Below, in pieces: positions 61,191-64,000 of a stretch of DNA of 64,000 nt. The position numbers and the translations under genes are program-made. The stretch is taken from contig DASSHE010000015.1 of assembly GCA_035693065.1 (NCBI GenBank), forward strand, positions 18,814-82,813. The letters run 5' to 3'. Each line of letters begins with the position of its first letter. Position 1 is the stretch's first letter. The notes beneath the pieces were generated by a model, which saw nothing but the letters and a program-made list of their open reading frames with translations, was not told the DNA's origin and did not search any database. Origin of the DNA: Solirubrobacterales bacterium (GTDB lineage: Bacteria; Actinomycetota; Thermoleophilia; Solirubrobacterales; 70-9).

Positions 61191-62078
61191 TCACGGCCGC
61201 TGGAAGCTAGCACAAACCCGCTTCGCCTCATCGACGTCGCGGTGCATCTGCTCGACCAGCTCCTCGACGTTGGGGTAGCGCTTCTCGCCGCGCAGGCGCT
61301 CGACGAAGGCGACGCGGAGGGTCTTCCCGTAGAGGTCCTCCTCGTGGTCGATCAGATAGGTCTCGATGAGGACGCCGCGGCCAGTCTCGAAGGTCGGCCG
61401 CACGCCGACGTTGACGGCGGCGGGAATCCCGTTGGCGAAGGCGGCGTAGACGCCGTGGCCGGGGATCACGAGCTGGTCGTCGGGGACCAGGTTCGCGGTC
61501 GGGAAGCCGAGCTGGCGGCCGCGCTGGTCTCCCCTGACCACGGTCCCCTCGACCATGAAGGGGGCGCCGAGGCAGCGCTGGGCGGAGGCGACGTCGCCGA
61601 CCGCGAGGAGGCCTCGGATCCGGGTCGAGGAGACCGTCTCGCCGTCGACCTCGACCAGCGGCACCACCCGGGTGCGGAACTCCGACCGCGCCTCCAGCAT
61701 CGCCGGGTCGCCCTTGGCCTTCGCCCCGAAGCGGAAGTTCTCGCCGACCGAGACCTGCTTGGCGTCGAGCTTCTCCAGCAGCACGCGCTCGACGAAGTCC
61801 TCGGCGTCGCGGTGGGCGAACTCCTCGTCGAACCGGATCACGACCACCTCCTCCACCCCGAGGCCGGCGATCACGTCGCGCTTCACCGCGAACGGCATGA
61901 TCAGCTTCGGCATCGCGGCCGGGTGCAGGACCTCGAGCGGGTGCGGGTCGAAGGTGAGGACGGTGTCGGCGCCCTCGATCACCGCGCGGTGGCCGAGGTG
62001 GACGCCGTCGAAGGTGCCGATGGCGACGTTGCGGGGGCGCCGCTCGACGTCGGGCAGCGAGGTCACGGCGATGCTCAA
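61191..62078 (-). CDS. ribF: bifunctional riboflavin kinase / FMN adenylyltransferase
   Basis: [22 protein letters not shown] and PTF...LIETYL motifs are present. Confidence 0.9.
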   Translation of the reverse strand: MSIAVTSLPDVERRPRNVAIGTFDGVHLGHRAVIEGADTVLTFDPHPLEVLHPAAMPKLIMPFAVKRDVIAGLGVEEVVVIRFDEEFAHRDAEDFVERVLLEKLDAKQVSVGENFRFGAKAKGDPAMLEARSEFRTRVVPLVEVDGETVSSTRIRGLLAVGDVASAQRCLGAPFMVEGTVVRGDQRGRQLGFPTANLVPDDQLVIPGHGVYAAFANGIPAAVNVGVRPTFETGRGVLIETYLIDHEEDLYGKTLRVAFVERLRGEKRYPNVEELVEQMHRDVDEAKRVCASFQRP

Positions 62079-62728
62079 CGCAGCGCCTCCGCAACCGCTG
62101 GGACCAGCTCGGCAACCCGCTCCGCCGGCACCTCCTCGCCCGCGTCCTGCACCCGGAACGGTCCGATCGCGGTCCGGCGCAGCTCCGCGCAGTAGGCGTC
62201 ACCGAGGGTCTCGAGCAGGGTGCGGACGTAGGTCCCGGCCGAGCATTCGACCTCGTAGCGGGCCAGGTCACCCTCGTGGGAGAGGAGCTCGGCCCGGTAG
62301 ACCTCGACGTCGCGCTCGGGCGTCTCGACGACTTCGCCGCGGTGGGCCTTCTTGTAGAGGCGCTCGCCGCCGACGCGGACGGCCGAGGTCATCGGCACCC
62401 GCTGGCGCACGGTGCCGGTCGGCAGCTCCAGCGAGGCGGGGACCTCGCCGGTCTCGGTCAGCTCGCCGTCGGGGTCGCCGGTGCTGGAGCGCCAGCCCAA
62501 CCGGGCGGTCGCCAGGTAGGTCTTCGGCAGGCCGACGAGGAAGCGCTGCAGTCGCGTCGCCCGCCCCAGCAGCACCAGCAGCAGCCCCGTCGCGAAGGGG
62601 TCGAGGGTGCCGGCGTGGCCGGCTTTCTCGCCGCGCTCGCGGCGCACCCGCGCGACGACGTCATGCGAGGTGACGCCGGCGGGCTTGTCGCAGAGCAGAA
62701 CCGTGCCCGCGGTGGTCGCCGTCGCCAT
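62075..62728 (-). CDS. truB: tRNA pseudouridine(55) synthase (short form)
   Basis: KPAGVTSHD and GHAGTLDPFATGLL carry the catalytic Asp motif. 217 aa. Confidence 0.85.
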   Translation of the reverse strand: MATATTAGTVLLCDKPAGVTSHDVVARVRRERGEKAGHAGTLDPFATGLLLVLLGRATRLQRFLVGLPKTYLATARLGWRSSTGDPDGELTETGEVPASLELPTGTVRQRVPMTSAVRVGGERLYKKAHRGEVVETPERDVEVYRAELLSHEGDLARYEVECSAGTYVRTLLETLGDAYCAELRRTAIGPFRVQDAGEEVPAERVAELVPAVAEALR

Positions 62729-62731
62729 GCG

Positions 62732-63733
62732 TCAGCTGCCGAGCTGGGCGCGGACTTCGCGCTCGAGGAACTCGACCAGATCGGTGATCTCGAGGTCGGT
62801 CGAGAACCCGGCGGCGCGTTTGTGCCCGCCGCCGCCGCTCGCGCGGGCGACCGCGGAGACGTCGACGTCACCCTCGCTGGAGCGCAGGCTGACCTTGCGC
62901 GCGGCCCGGCCGCGGTTGCCGAGGTCGCGGATCACGGCGGCGACCTTGGTCCCTTCGATCGAGCGCAGATGGTCGATCAAGCCCTCGGTCATCTCCTCCC
63001 CCGCCCCGGTCGCCTCGTAGTCGGCGGCGGTGATGTAGCTGAGGACGAGGCGTCCCTCGCAGTGCATCTCGATCTTTTCCAGGGCGCGGGAGAGCAGCCG
63101 CAGCTTCTCCAGCGGCACGTGCTCGTAGAGGCGGCGATAGGTCTCGTCGACGTTGACGCCGGCGTCGATCAGGTCGGCGGCGACGCGGTGGGTGTGGGCG
63201 TTGGTGTTCTCGTACATGAACTTGCCCGTGTCGGTGATCAGGCCGACGTAGAGCGCCGAGGCGATGTCGGGCGTGATCCTCGCCCCCAGCAGCAGGGCGA
63301 TGTCGTAGACGATCTCGGCGGTGCAGGAGGCGTCGACCTCGACCAGGTTGAGATCGCCGAAGCGGGTGTTGTCGTGGTGGTGATCGATGTTGATCACTTC
63401 GTTGCCGCCGTCGGTCAGCCAGTCGACCGGCATCCGGTCGATGTTGCCGCAGTCGAGGAAGATCACGGTGCGGTCGGCCATGTCGGCCGGCGGCTCGTGG
63501 AAGACCTCTTCCAGCGGCAGGAAGCGGTACTCGACCGGCAGCGGGAACTCCTTCGCGGCGAGGAACATCAGCGAGTCCTTGCCGAGCTGGGTCAGCACTT
63601 TGTGCATGCCGAGCAGCGAGCCGAGGGCGTCGCCATCGGGCCCCTCGTGCGCGGTGAGGAGAAAGCGGTCGCGAGCGCGCAGCTCCTGGCTGACGCGCTC
63701 GAGGTCGGTGGCCATCTTCGGCAGAGAGCTCAT
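62732..63733 (-). CDS. nrnA: DHH/DHHA1 phosphoesterase (NrnA-like oligoribonuclease/pAp phosphatase)
   Basis: HEGPDGDALGS, INIDHHHDN, DTGKF and GGGHKRAAG motifs are present. Confidence 0.85.
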   Translation of the reverse strand: MSSLPKMATDLERVSQELRARDRFLLTAHEGPDGDALGSLLGMHKVLTQLGKDSLMFLAAKEFPLPVEYRFLPLEEVFHEPPADMADRTVIFLDCGNIDRMPVDWLTDGGNEVINIDHHHDNTRFGDLNLVEVDASCTAEIVYDIALLLGARITPDIASALYVGLITDTGKFMYENTNAHTHRVAADLIDAGVNVDETYRRLYEHVPLEKLRLLSRALEKIEMHCEGRLVLSYITAADYEATGAGEEMTEGLIDHLRSIEGTKVAAVIRDLGNRGRAARKVSLRSSEGDVDVSAVARASGGGGHKRAAGFSTDLEITDLVEFLEREVRAQLGS

Positions 63734-64000
63734 TCGTCGCCCTCCGCGGCGGCCTCGTCCTCGAGCAGGCGGGAGATCCGCACGCCCTGCTCGATCGTGT
63801 CGTCGTAGTGGAAGGTCAAGGTCGGGGTCCTCTTCATCCGCGTCTCGGCGGCGATCCGCTGCTGGATAACGCCGTGGGAAGAGCGTAGGCCGTTCAGCGT
63901 CGCCTCGCGCTCATCATCGTCGCCCAGCACGCTCACGTACACCTTCGCGGTCCGCAAATCGGGGCTAGTTTCTACCGAGGTCACGGTGACGAAACCGATC
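63730..64000 (-). CDS. rbfA: ribosome-binding factor A, 5' end outside window
   Basis: ...VTVTSVETSPDLRTAKVYVSVLG...L..........R.TP.L.F..D matches RbfA. The frame remains open to the window edge. Confidence 0.8.
   Translation of the reverse strand, partial: IGFVTVTSVETSPDLRTAKVYVSVLGDDDEREATLNGLRSSHGVIQQRIAAETRMKRTPTLTFHYDDTIEQGVRISRLLEDEAAAEGDE

Overview
High-GC chromosome segment with actinobacterial-type synteny: rbfA-truB-ribF-rpsO...pnp-M16-dapB-dapA-rnj, ftsK, cinA-thpR-recA, miaB-miaA...dapF...hflX-dut and murT/gatD. A Thermoleophilia/Solirubrobacterales-like origin is only a guess. Most long antisense ORFs in the six-frame track are Arg/Pro/Gly-rich shadow ORFs caused by the high GC. 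The main feature is a ~16.4 kb insertion (about 10187-26585) between two convergent host genes. It carries a 427-aa protein whose motifs run collinear with the PRD1 P3 double jelly-roll capsid protein, compared from memory. It also has a 226-aa FtsK/HerA-type ATPase, a dense translationally coupled run of small membrane proteins, membrane-anchored peptidoglycan hydrolase-like proteins, spike candidates, a lysis cassette, and a small leftward early/regulatory module with a ribbon-helix-helix (RHH) gene bracketed by GTAAGAC palindromes. I found no terminase, portal, tail, protein-primed polymerase or integrase gene. The element is bounded by imperfect direct repeats with dif-like architecture (ATAA-N6-TTATGTnAACT), and host coding-strand polarity flips at the insertion point. 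My inference is a tectivirus-like, tailless, internal-membrane provirus integrated at or near the chromosomal dif site by hijacking host XerC/D. This needs structural and homology confirmation. Other points of interest are a DapF homolog with both catalytic cysteines replaced by serine, a lower-GC Cys-rich secreted-protein island between dapF and miaA, a methyltransferase wedged between murT and gatD, redox genes inserted into the rpsO-pnp operon, and three long imperfect palindromic intergenic elements. I recognised no rRNA, tRNA or CRISPR array.
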